A stretch of 64,000 nucleotides of DNA from Marsupella aquatica (taxonomy: Eukaryota; Plantae; Marchantiophyta), in contig OZ316892.1 of NCBI GenBank assembly GCA_973895155.1, positions 8,908,283 to 8,972,282 of the forward strand, read 5' to 3'. Shown here in pieces: positions 13,790-26,600 of this stretch. Below the pieces are notes generated by a model, which searched no databases, had not been told where the DNA came from, and saw only the letters and a program-made list of their open reading frames with translations. Each line of letters opens with the position of its first letter. The first letter of the stretch is position 1. A program made the translations under genes and the position numbers.

Positions 13790-16290
13790 TTATACAGCCG
13801 TCTCTTCATCGGGTCTCATGAACTTGGTGTACTCTTGCTGCTCCATCTCGCCACCATTGACTGAATCAAAAGCACATTTGTAGAAGCTGCCGTGACATAA
13901 ACACACAGCAAGTTACTTCGATGGCCCAGCATTCACAAATGAACCGCAATATAAAGGAAGGAATATTTGGTAGATTACTTTAGAAACACCCACGAACCCT
14001 AAGTTCTGCCTCTTCGTAAATCCCTGTGTATTTTCTTCTTTGTATTTATTCTCGGCTTTACAGAGAACAATCCCTCCACCTTCTCACATAATGCCTTCCC
14101 CTCACATTCATGGCTCTCAGCCCAGTATTCCTTATTAAAATCTGAAAGGAGTACCTGCCATCGGCGCCCACAATAATGACAGTGTTCTTCTGAGGTCCGA
14201 AGGCTACAATTGATTTTGTCTCTTCAGGGAGTCGATACTGAGAGAACGACCATTCAGAGCTGAAGTACTTCGGAAGAACACCTGCAATCAAAGTCAGGCT
14301 TCAGTGCATGGGGGGATAGGCCCTATTGGTAGACCAATTAGGTTTACGACAATGCAGATTCTGCGAAATCATTCAAGACAAGGATCACCGAACATAGTCC
14401 GTGCACTAATAAAGTTTCCTTCCTCTAAAGGACACAGTACAGCCCTATTATGACGTTTTCAGCAGGTTGTGTGACTTACACTACACATTCACCAGCCCAA
14501 AGGTTGATTTTGACATTTCGCTGTTTCTACTAGTGCTTCAGAACTTCAAGTCAACCTTTCAAATTACAGTATGACGCTAGTGAATATATTATTGGAGAAC
14601 ATGATTCAGGCACCGAGAAGTGCACAGGAACAATTCCAGAATGAGGTATTACCTTTCATGAAAGACAAGCTAGAGCCTGGGTTTCCACTTGCAAATGCCA
14701 ACAGACTAGAACCTGCCATGGGGCTTCCACTTCCATTCCCGTTTCCATTTACACTGCTTGGCGCCTTTGGAGGGCTCACTCCAGCAATAGATTGTGGGGC
14801 CTCGCCGCTGCGGGTGTCTTCAGTGCCTGAACCTCCCCGGAGACTGAACACATGAACGGTTCCTTTGTCACTTGAAAGGGCCAGCCACTGGGCATTTTGT
14901 GAAAATGCAAGACTATAGATCTCAGCTCTGTCTGCTCCCCTGCGAAGCTGCAAATATGATGACAAGAGAGGATGAATACCAAGACAGTTTTTGTACATAT
15001 GTCCATTAACAACTGTTATATTAAATCCGTACCTACAAGGACTCTAAAGCCAAGAGACCCACCCGACCGACATCACCAATGTTCTGAAACAGCTCCACAA
15101 ATCGGGGAATTTTAAATTACAGCCCAACCTACTACACAAAAGCAATTAGAGGATCTGCAAGATTGACATATACTACACCGCAAGGTAGTCCTTCACTAGT
15201 AGAACGCTATGATAAGAATGGGATTAGTAGACCTAGAGCAAGGAACAAGAGAGGATGAACGGACAAACTTTCTATCCGCAAGCACTCTTAGGAGCAACGC
15301 AGCTCAAATTACTCAACAACAAGAACGCAAACTGGGAGAGCCGTAGGTCAAAAAGGAACATACTACAATGACAGAAACATTTGCTGACCCTGCAAACTGA
15401 ACTAACTCGCAAACAGACGGAGAGTAGGCCAAGAAGGAAGATACGGACTGAGAAGCAAGTACCTCTTGAAGACGGGTGCCATCCAACGTGTTGAAGATAC
15501 GAATGAGGGTGCCTTTGGTGCTGGATGTAGCAAGCAGGCGGCCATCCAACGTCAAGGCGAAGCAGGCGAGGTTGGAGTCATGAGCAGGGATGAATTTGGT
15601 CTTCTTCAGGCTGTAGTGCTCCACCCGTACCTGCCCTCGGTGCAGCCCGGGGCAAGCAAGCACAGACGGGGTAGACGCTGGGGACAAAGCGCACAGTCCT
15701 TTCGGATTCGCAATGGTCTCGATCTGGTGGAGCAGCTTCAAATCAGCGAAATTGTACACATAGATCTTGTGCTCCAACACGACCACAACCCTATCCCTCC
15801 GCAGCCGCACAGCCCGAATCTCAGACCGGAACGATAGCTCTCCAATGCAGCGGCTCTGGTGGTCATCCCAAATCATGACCTTATTGGGCGGGTAGCGGGG
15901 GGTGGTCCCGCCCCCGACAATTGCTAAGATATTACATCTGAACAGCATTTCAACCAGCCCAATGCCCCCATTGTTGAACTCGCGGCGGAATGTCTCCTTG
16001 AAAGGGTCGCAGTTATAAATCCGGAAGCCGGTGTCTGTCCCGCAGGCAAAGCAGCCGTAGTCCTGGTTGAATCCCACCGACAGGAGAGTGTTCCTCTGCG
16101 AGACTGGGTCCGGCTCGCCAGGAGGGGAACCACCCTCAGCTGGAGGGGACGACCTCGGCTGCGGCTGCTGAGGCGTGGTGGGTACCTGCTGAGTGGGAAT
16201 CGTGGTGGCGGATGATGAGTTGTGCTGTGGATGATGCGAGGAAGGGCTGGAAGGAGGCAAATTTAAGATGGCAGGAGATACTAGTGCCAT
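13790..16290 (-). CDS. ATG18a: Autophagy-related protein 18a (PROPPIN WD40 beta-propeller), 4 exons
   Basis: Exons 16290-15463, 14947-14653, 14281-14155, 13886-13790. Motifs: [56 protein letters not shown] phosphoinositide motif, [20 protein letters not shown]. Confidence 0.96.
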
Positions 16291-16314
16291 TTAGAGCAAC
16301 CACGCTGCTGCCAT
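16291..16314 (-). promoter_or_regulatory. In-frame uORF (MAAAWLL*) whose stop directly abuts the ATG18a start codon
   Basis: The minus strand reads ATG GCA GCA GCG TGG TTG CTC TAA ATG GCA CTA. Confidence 0.7.
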
Positions 16315-19300
16315 ACACTGAAGCACTGGAAGACCTGCTGCTGCAGCTGCTGCTGAACTCCCCCGACGACAACGACAACACCTGCGCAGCACCAACAAAT
16401 TCGCCCACTGTGAATAAACACCAAGGCCGGCCACACGTACCCCTTCTCCAAAGTTCAAACGCAAAACTCTCGTGTAACAACAGTCCCTTTTTCGTCCCGG
16501 GAAGAGCTACATTGCAGAGTGCGGCACATGCGATAACCTAACAGCCTTCTTTCTGCTCATTAATAGAATTGTCACTCACTCGCCTACCTCGTGCAGATCT
16601 GTCTGCCGATCTAAGAACCTAATTACAGAGCGATGCCTTCAACTTTCGTCCCCTTTTGATTCCGTAGTCACGTTTCCTTTAGTCCTTTGCCTCCGGTGTA
16701 ATCGCAATCCTTTCTCTCTCGCAATCCCTTCTTCTCTCTGCAAATCGCAACCGCCGCTCAGTAAACGTTCCTTTCGCCCCCTAGCCTTTCTTCTGTTTCT
16801 TCTCCTTCCTCTTCTCGTCTTCCACACCACCTCTACAGAACTTTCACGGACTCTCTGCCGCCATCGTCTTTCGAAACTTCGCGTACACTTTCTAAAACAG
16901 ATTGCTCAACTCAGAGCAGAAAGAAGAACATCCGCTGCGCTCTACCTCACCCAACCCCAAAATTTAACCCTGAAGTCCCCACAAGCACGCAATCTAAAGC
17001 GAAACAAAGCGAAACAAAGCTAAGTTCGTTCCTTTCCCACCCTAAACTCACTCAATTCCGCTCCTACTTTTTCACAGCGGTAGGATAGGTTACTCTCCAC
17101 TCCACTCCTCTCCAATCCTTCTCAACCCTCAACCACGAAGTAGCCTCACAAACGTGCTCGAAACCTAATCTTCTTTAATTCCCTAGTCCTCCATACACAC
17201 AAGTTCCAAATACGTCCAATATGCCTATCTTGTATCCTAGGATATTCCTTCGACACGCACCTCCTCCTGCCCCTCCTCCTTTCGCACACGGACGTCCGCT
17301 AGACCTCCTCTTTCACGAGGACGCTCCTCCTTGCCGCTGCTCTTCTCCTCTTGCTTCACCGTAATCGCCTCTCCTCTGGTTTCCGCTTCTCACCTTGCCT
17401 CGCTCGAAATTAAGCCTCGACCACCTCAGAAATAAGTCAAAAACACGCAATCTCCTACTCCTTTTGCACACGATACTCCCCAGTCTGTACAACACCACCA
17501 GTAAGAGGAGATCTCGGACTTGTTCGGTTGGTTAACAACACCTCCACGGTTCAATTACAGTGCACGGTTCCTTCCGCTATTGATGGTGAGTGGTCGCGCT
17601 GTCTTCGAGTGCTGCTTCCTGCTGACCGACGACCGCCTCGAGTCCTCATACATACACTTTCTCTTTCTTCTCCTCCTCCTCCTCCTCCTCCTCGATCTCC
17701 TCTTCCTTCCTTCCTCTCAAGTAATCTAAATGATTGCCTCCTTCGCCGCCTCCAAGCCTTATGTATGCTCCTTCACGAGACGAGAACCGCGACGAGAAGA
17801 AGAGCGACGAGACGAGACGAGACGAGCAACCAGCAACGAGAACCAGTGCACACGAAGGAACTTCGCAAAGAAGCCATGTCTTTGGAAGGACGTGCCAAGG
17901 ACAAGGGACTTCCCCCCGCGACGGACAAAGGCCCAAGGACAGTGGACGACTGGACGACCGGTTTGCGCCAGCGACGGACAAAGGGCGAAGGACAGTGGAG
18001 GAGTGGACGACGGTCGACGGGTTTGCCCCAGCGACGGACAACGGACTGACGAGAGACTGAGAGAGGGTGGGCGTCTGGGACTTACAGGAGGGCGTGTCAA
18101 ACCTACAGTCGACCAACGGAGGGCGAGGGCGAGGGCGAAGGAGGTCCCACGCCCCACGGCGTCTGACGGACGGGCGGACTGACGATTCGCCGTAGTAGCG
18201 GAGCGTAGAACAGTGCGCGCACGTTTGCTATTTATGGCAAGGACCGTATGGGGGCCGGATTCTCTTCCTAGAGTGTATTTTTCGCGTTCCGGTAAAGTAG
18301 GTCAAATGCGTCAATAAATTATCGTGTAATTATGTAACTCCATACCATGATAAATCTGATTACTTAATCTGAATCATTAAAGTGTGATTCTAAAATATTA
18401 GTGTGAATTACAAGTGCTCACAAAGAATCAAAGAACCATGATTGTCAGGTAGCGATGATAACTTTAAACTCCTCATAATACATGAATACATAATCCAATA
18501 TGCCTTCATGGCTCACCCTCTCCCTCTATTTAGAACTCTGTTGTGGCCAATTACACGTTTTGATACCTTACAAGAATAGTGAGTATGGTTCATTAAGAGG
18601 ATCTATTAGATTAAAAAAGGTTTCATAGAAGTCCATCAGGTAAAAAAGTTTCCCTATTTGTCCATCAAACATATCTCTCTCCAAATGTTTAAAATTTACG
18701 ACACAAAATTATTTCCATGTTTCACAATGACCCTAAAATATTTTCTGTCTACTCCAAAATTATAATATTTATTCATTTATAGTGCCAATAGGGATGGCTT
18801 TACGGTAGTTCTTACAACATGACACCTCCACACTCTGTAACCAGGTGTAGCGTCCCATGCCGTCTGCTGATGTGTAATCCAGTACAGTACCGATACACTG
18901 CACTGGGATGGTATACAGTAGCATGGGCATGAACATCGGACTTCATTGCGGCGCCACATCCTATCATTGGGAGCCTAGTCATGTCATGCACTCATAGGGT
19001 CCCATATCGGGTTGTATTGTATTATGGGACATACGATGAATCATCCGTACCGTATCGTCGAAGACAGGTAATGTCAGTGTGCCAGAGAGTAGGTCCATCG
19101 CCAGGGTGGTTTTTTCACCCAGGTGTGGTGTTACCTTGTGTGAAAGAGAAAATGTGTTCACCATAGTTTGTGCTCACAATTCGAGAGTATCATTTTTGGG
19201 CTCTAATTATGAATTAGTGTTACTTGCATTAATATATTATAACACTAATTTATGGACAATATTAACTACATTCTAAAAAAAAATTTGAAGAATAAGCACA

Positions 19301-20753
19301 AATCATTGCTACTTTGGATTTAAGATCACTTTCACCAAAATTAGTGTTAGTAACTTTAATTCTTGCATAACAGTATCATTGTGACCAGTGTAATAAATAT
19401 TTCTTACTGCATTGTCTTGGATTAATTTCCAACCTTTAGATCTCCATAAACTGAAGGGTAATAAGCATCCGATTCTGGCTATGGGCATAGTTGGCTACTG
19501 TAGGTGGGAAATTGTCGAGTGGAAGACAAAAAGCCAGATGAATTTTAGTCAAAAGTGGTGAGGACTTTTCGGTTAGGTGGAATTTGGCCAATTTTTGCTA
19601 ATTAATTCATTTGGCCAGTTGTATAAAGAGGTTGGCCACGTCTCATGCCTTGCAAGGCTTTTCACCTTTGAGGTTATTCAATGCTTTTGTCTTCTATCGC
19701 AAGAATTTCCAAATGAAAAGTAGATACGGCCCAGATCAGCTCATTGGAATCTTATTTGAGATATACACGAAGTCATTTGGGTTCTCACCAAGGGTTATGT
19801 TGCCACTGGACATATAAAGGCCAGGAAGACCAAAGGCAATGCACCTCATTCAATCCCTTCTGTCTATGACTCTGTAAGCACAAAAAATACCATAGCATAC
19901 AATCCTATACTTACAAACCTTGCTAATTTAGGTCTTAAAAGATGGGCAGTGATGGTCTAAGCAGAATCATGGATGTGTATCTTTCCCTTGCTTGTTTGCC
20001 TTCAGTGGGTCTCCCTGCGTTTGGGACCCTTAATCCCCGATTGGGTTCTTTGGCAGTTTCATATATAAATGAAATGGAGAAAGCAGTCACCATCAAGTCA
20101 GGTCATTCACTTTTAGGTCTTAATTTGGAAGAGGAAATGCTCAGCTAAGTTTAGGGACCCATGCTTGGCATTGTTGGCAATGCATGCTTGGAGTAGGGCG
20201 AGCAGACATGCAGCTTTTTGGAAAGTGTTCACAACAGATTTTCCAGGACAGCGAAAGATTTGTATGCACCTTGTTGTTGGATGCATTGAAATTTAAAAAT
20301 GGGGTTAGTGGCTGGATGGGAAATATATTAGCAAGTTTTCTTCCTTGAAATGAGCTCCGTACTCATGAGAAAAATAAAACCCAGAAAAGAAGGAGTAAAC
20401 CAGCCAGACCCACAGACTCTCACGGACTCACAGCCACTCAGGGATTAGCCAGTTTCCTACCCAGCTAATACCCCATTAGTCAGAATCAATAGTCATCCTT
20501 AAATCTCTGCATATCTACTGTAGCTATCAAAATTAGGTACGGAATTTTTATGGAGATCTTCTCTTAACTGTCATCGTTTATCAAAATTAATCTAATTAAA
20601 TTACTGTAGGTGTTGAATCAATTTGGCATCTTCTTCTTTACACACAAGGTGACATTCTTTTTGGTTCAAACTTTATTAAAAATTAATTTGCCCTGCTTCG
20701 TGCAGCAAAAAAATCTCCTTTCGAGAGGAAAAAAACACTTTATCTGAATGTTA

Positions 20754-21485
20754 CACTACGATCGATAGTACGGAAATGTGCCATCCGAGGTACGGTACCC
20801 TGGACATCTCCATAAAGGAAGGTCTGCGTGTCAATTCACGGATTCCGATGCCACTCCATGGTACTGGTACAGTGGTACTACTGTACCCCAATAGCCTATT
20901 AGCCGGACCTGAACTAGGCACCAACCTCCTGCCCGCTGGGCCAAGAGTAAAAAAGGACGAGGCGGATATGCTTTGATCTCCTTTATTACAATACTCATTA
21001 GCGGGACTGAATTGGGCACCCACCTTCTGCCCGCGGGCAGTAACGAAAATCAATCCTCCTACCCGCGGGTCAAGAGGAAAAAAGGACGAGGCTGATATAC
21101 TTTGTCCATTAGCCGGACCAGAATTTGGCACCCACCCTCTGCCCACGGGCTGCAAGTAAAATAAAGGCTACTGCCCTTGGGGCCGAGAGGAGAACAGAAT
21201 GAAGCGGATATGCTTTTGTCCCAGCTTATCTGCCCATTTGCAGGACCTGAATATTAGCAGCCACCTTTTGCCCGCGGGCTGTAAGTAAAATTTATCCTAC
21301 TGCCCGAGGACCAAAGAGAAGAACAGGATGAAGCGGATATGCTTTGTCCTCATTATTCGTATACCCATCAGGAATCATCACGAGTACCTGAATTTGGCAC
21401 CCACCTTCTGCCCGCGGGCTGTAACTAAAATAAGCAGACTGCCCTGGGGCCAAGAGAAGAACAGGATGGGACGGATATGCTTTGT
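20754..21485 (+). mobile_element. Probable CACTA-element end with subterminal repeat array
   Basis: Begins CACTACG at 20754. About 5 degenerate 100-150 bp units follow (gacctgaatttggcacccaccttctgcccgcggg ... gaagcggatatgctttg). No matching opposite TIR was seen. Confidence 0.55.
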
Positions 21486-23689
21486 ACAATGAAAGGTTTA
21501 TGCGTCCTTGTCATGTCATGCATGCATGGATCGTGGACGTCTTACCTCTTCAGGTGGTTTCAGCGCAGACCGTGAATGGTGAACCCCTTTGTGAAGCTCA
21601 AGAGTCTAGAGCAGTGGTGTCCAAGTTCGCCCCAGCCCCAGTCTGGGTCATGATTGTGAGCTTGTAAATGGCAGGTTACCATCAGTAGGGGGTCTCTAAT
21701 ATTGGGCCTCAGCTATTTTTACATATGTCCGCATTATGGTAAGCGGGATACGGATGGCGGCACTCCTTGTTGCTAGCCTGCACAGTCATCCCGCGGGATT
21801 GTACTCTTTGCCACTTGCAATTTAACCATGGTTCATTGGCTGCAATAGTTTCTTCAACTTTCACTAACAGGCTTATACTCAATGTCTCTATCTCCATCTT
21901 TATAGCTAGACGCTTACAATTTCCAACATGTCCAAGTGCCCCAACCTCACAAAGGTCAATAGAATCTAAGGATCCCAGCTTTTCCCCTGGTCTTTTTAAC
22001 CATGGTTAGTACTGCCCAATAGTTTTGAGATTTCTGGAAGTTTTGGTTGCATCAAATCTTCTACTGATCAATGCAAATAGTGCCATGCAAAGGAAAAATC
22101 TATGGCCAGGAGGTCTAACTGCATTTCACTTCCAAAAAAACAACATATATTCACCAAAACTAAAGAAATTGACTGGCATGGTCACATGGTGTCAGCAGTG
22201 TAAAAAGGGTTTTACTATGTTGCCTGGTTACTGTTAGCCCAGTAATTTGTCCCTTGAGAGCTGAGACTTGCCTCAGATCGGTCTAGGCTTGCCGTGGTGC
22301 CAATAAATTGTCTAAATTGCCCCTTGAGAGTTGAGACCTCATCTTAGAAGTTAATCTGTCTAGGTCAAGTTTACATTGCTAGTTCCCTAATGCAAGACCA
22401 CTGTCACTAGCCCAAATACCAGTGCATGTATACACAAAGGGCTCCCCATGGACCCAATTCACAATCATGGTCTAAATATCAACAAAAATCTAACAAATTT
22501 TGACCTATGGTTCCCGGCTTAGGTCATGAAAAGTAGACTCCAATCTCAAATTATTGTACAAAATTACTCATCAATATGCTTTGTGGTTTCTAAATTCAAA
22601 TTTGTTGGATTTTGTTGGGTTTGGTTTTTTTCTGTTTCTTTCTTTTCTTGTGGAGGTGAGTGTCTTCAATTTCAACTTTTTGTATTCTCGGTGAGTCACT
22701 ACAATGGCAAGCCAACTGACTATGCATGACGAAGGAGGTGGGGGTTTGATCTGACTGGAATCAACAGCGTCTATTGGCTGTCACCGAGCCCAGAAATATT
22801 CCAGAAAATAATTACTTCTACAACAGAATTTTAGTACTACATGCTCAATCAAGTTAGCATGTAGGCTAACTCAGAATAGTTTCACGAATGAGGAGAACTC
22901 AGATAACTCAATATTTGGAGAATGTTTACAGGAAACTAATTAAGAAATTTAGGACCCCATGTCATGCTCTCCAGGATTTTTAATATGAAGACTGCCCACA
23001 CTCCTCAACTATGAACGGTGGTAAGCACCACTTCCAAGAACGGTGCTCAAAAAACCACCAAGAGTTTGCGAGGTGGAGCATGGGGCCAGATAAAATTGGA
23101 AACAAGATTGACGATCATGCCCAATGCAACAAGCCTGTAAAGGTGCACTAGACTGCAGGTAGGCTTGTAAGAATGCAAGCGTTCGACACTTTTTCAAAAC
23201 TGGAAATAGGAAAGATTTCCCCTTCCTCCAAGAGGGTGAGGGTGCTATAACTAAATTAAATGTCCTGCTTGGCTTTGGATACATCCCACTTGTGATTCCA
23301 CGGGCTGACTGATCTCTCTACATTACTCTCCATACCAAGGGCTTCACCTACTACAAGACTGCGTGGAAGCCCACATGCCTACATCTGTGGCCATTGTCCC
23401 TCCCTGGTGTCGTCACTGATGCGTATCATATCTTTTGACAGGTCAGACTATTGTGCGTTGTTTATATAACGCAAATGTGTACCTTCTAGAGCTCTTCCCC
23501 TGGAATGACCTGGTCCATGTGTACTCAAAAAGCAGTAAGTTGATTCCAAAATTCTCGAGGACTCCCAGGAAGATGGTCTGATTTACATGATGTCGTACAT
23601 ATTTACACAATATATAGATGATACAGGTGAATGTAAAGCACGTTCCGCCAAAGAAAATCACTGTAACAATTTTCATCGATCTCCTGTGC

Positions 23690-26600
23690 TCAGCTTTGCG
23701 TGCATTCAAATGGATGCGCTGCACCTTCGTTGGTCTCTTGTACTCTGAAGCGCTGAAGGAACTCCAGAGGTCTGTTAACACATTACAATTAGAGCTAGTG
23801 AGAAGAACCCTGACTCAACTTCAAATGCCTGACTTCAGTTGGACAAAAGATCTAGGGTTGGAAAGTTCATGCTTGGTCTGAACGAAGCTCATAACAGAGC
23901 CCTCACCGTGAACGACCTGTTTTAATAAATTTCTGTATCGGCTCCGAAGACTTATGTTGCGACAGGTCACAAAACTATATGAATGAAGTTAGTGTTCCCA
24001 CACCATCAAATGCTAGCAGCTCTCGGCCGTGTTACATAGCACCTTAATTCTTTTCACCGTCCGCTAAAGAGTTAGACATAGAAGTTCACTCCAAAAGCTG
24101 CATATCCATACACAGATCAGCATGCAGTGACTTCTTGTGATCCCTTCCAATTGCTACGTCCAACTTCTTCGTTCCTCAATTAAACAACCACCAATACCGC
24201 CAAATTTGATCGACTGACATTCCAGTGAGGGAAAATAGAACAGATTACAAAATCCTAGCCTTAAATTTTCACAACCAAATCACAAGAGAAGAAAATCAAC
24301 AGATGCAATCATTCTTCCCATTACATTGCTTCCATGACCCGTCATTGGTATAAACAACTGCAATCACGTCTCTATGTAGTATAGTGAGATTCTGGATTAT
24401 CTGTTTCTGTAGACGAGTTTAAAGATGAAAATAGAACTTTTGATACATTAGGCGAGCTTATCTCCCTAATTCGAAAATGGTGATCTGACATCAAGACAGA
24501 GAAGAGGACTCACAATCCTCGTCTACGCATATGACGTTGGTTGTCATCCATGACTCGTAAAAGGTCTCCTGACTCGGGACCTTGTTCTCCTCCAGCCACC
24601 ATCGAAGGATCTCCAGCACACGGGGTCCACATCTGAGAGGGAAAAACGTTGTCAAGAAGGCGCTCTCATTTACGATAAGAGTCGAAATTTTGCACATGTG
24701 TACACTACCAGCCAGAGCTACCAGCCAGAGCTCTCAAAATCACTGGTGAGGGACATGCTTGGAAACCTTAATAGTGTAATCAAGCCCACTTGTTGCTATG
24801 GCGCAATCAAACGGATGGCACTGCACACAATTGACAACTGCGAGTACCCAGCACAGAAATTAGTTGATTGGTATCTAGATTGATTGGTATATAGAGAATA
24901 TAATTGAAGAGAAGAATCCTTCAACAACACAACTACGGCCCAAACCAGGAAAAATTCAAACTAAGACCATGACCAATAACTATCCTAGGACTATCCTAAA
25001 GTCCGAGACAAAGATGATATGAAATGAACATTGAGGGGAGGTCATCCATTCTGATACAAGGAGGATGAAATCAAGAACTCTTCAGGTTTCTAAAGGTCTA
25101 CCACCAAAACAAGGAAGTCCTGTCAAAAACGAAGGTAAGCAAGACAGCCCAGATATGGTCAATCTGTGTCCTTTACAGTAGCAACGTTAAAACACACCTA
25201 ACGACATGGCATCCAAAGAGATGGGGCTCACCGAGCTCATCGCCGCTGAGCATTTTTACTAGTCTACCAGTCTTCTTTGCCCAAATGAACCACCGCCCAT
25301 CATCGCTACCACTGGCCACAAATTCCCCTGCGTGCAAGAGATTACAGTACGTTCTTTCGCTAAAATACGAGCACGGAGGCACTCAGAGTGCCTGACCGAC
25401 AGTGGATGGTTCCTGTGACTGAGTAAAACAAATACACTCGATTTTAATGGAAGACCAAAGGAGTTGAATGACTGAATTGAATATACCTCTTTCACCAAGA
25501 AAGCTTGCCTGCTTGATGTCAGTACCAGTATTGCAGTGACCAACATACCGCTGCCTCATGTCGACAGCAATGTCAACCTGCGATCATTGAAAGACAGAAC
25601 TTACAAGCATCAGATAGGAATGTTCACATCTATGACATGTGCCAGCTTCCAAAGAGGCAGACTAATCCAAGGCGGCTATTCAATTGAAGGAATTATGGCG
25701 TCCTACTTTGACGGACATCTGCTCAGGATAGACAGACAAAATGCTCAAAGAAATAGAATTGATATACCGAGATAAGGTCATAATTCACCTCGACATATAA
25801 CGAATGACAAGACAGATTGAATCCTTGCCAAACATGGTTTATGATGATTAGTTTCCACTACATGAAAATCGCGATCAATAATCAGTACTTTACCTGGGTT
25901 GATAATCTCTCACTTCCAATCCCCGTTGACGAGGTTGAAGATATAGATGCGAGACTTCTACTTATCCGGTCTCGACCTTCAAGCCTAGGTCTCAGCCTTA
26001 GGCTCAAGCTGGAGCCTGGGGATCCTTCTTCTCTGTCCCTTTCATCCTCTTCAGCAACTGACATTTCAATCTCCAGTTCCATTTCAATGTCGTCATCAAA
26101 TATGTCTTGATCATCAGCGTCTGAACGCCACGGATCATGGTATGATTCACTGATGTCTGACTCAGATCTAAGTAAGAGATTGCTTATTGTTCGTATTCTT
26201 GATTTTCTCTCCAGTTTGATATCTCTTTCATTGCCTCTGTTGTTTTTTGCGTCTTCAGCTGTGCACATGCACAATGACTCGTCAACTATCCACATATATG
26301 ATGAGCACCATATCAGAATTGAACAAGCTGATACCAACGATAAGCAATCTCTTCATAAAAACATCTAGGCAACAATTCTCACTAGCAATAGAAAGATGTT
26401 CTCTCTTGCCGCAATAAGGTGAACTCAGATACCTGACTTCAACTTGACGCGAAGTTGAGTTACAAGGTCGGAAAGGGTACTATCTGTAGGTTCTAAATGA
26501 TGGGCTCTCATGGCAAAGTCAAGTGCCTCCTTGTATCTCTGAAGCTGAACAGATACAAATGTAAATCAGCACGGCAATCACTTCACTTTCATATTTAAGA

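Noticed and set aside
17520-18182. Six overlapping ORFs of 69-173 aa
   Set aside because: Low-complexity GC-rich tract open in many frames with no domain; more likely UTR or repeat.
20890-21485. Repeats with variable intervening sequence, superficially array-like
   Set aside because: The units are degenerate and modular, as in transposon subterminal repeats, not constant repeat plus unique spacer.
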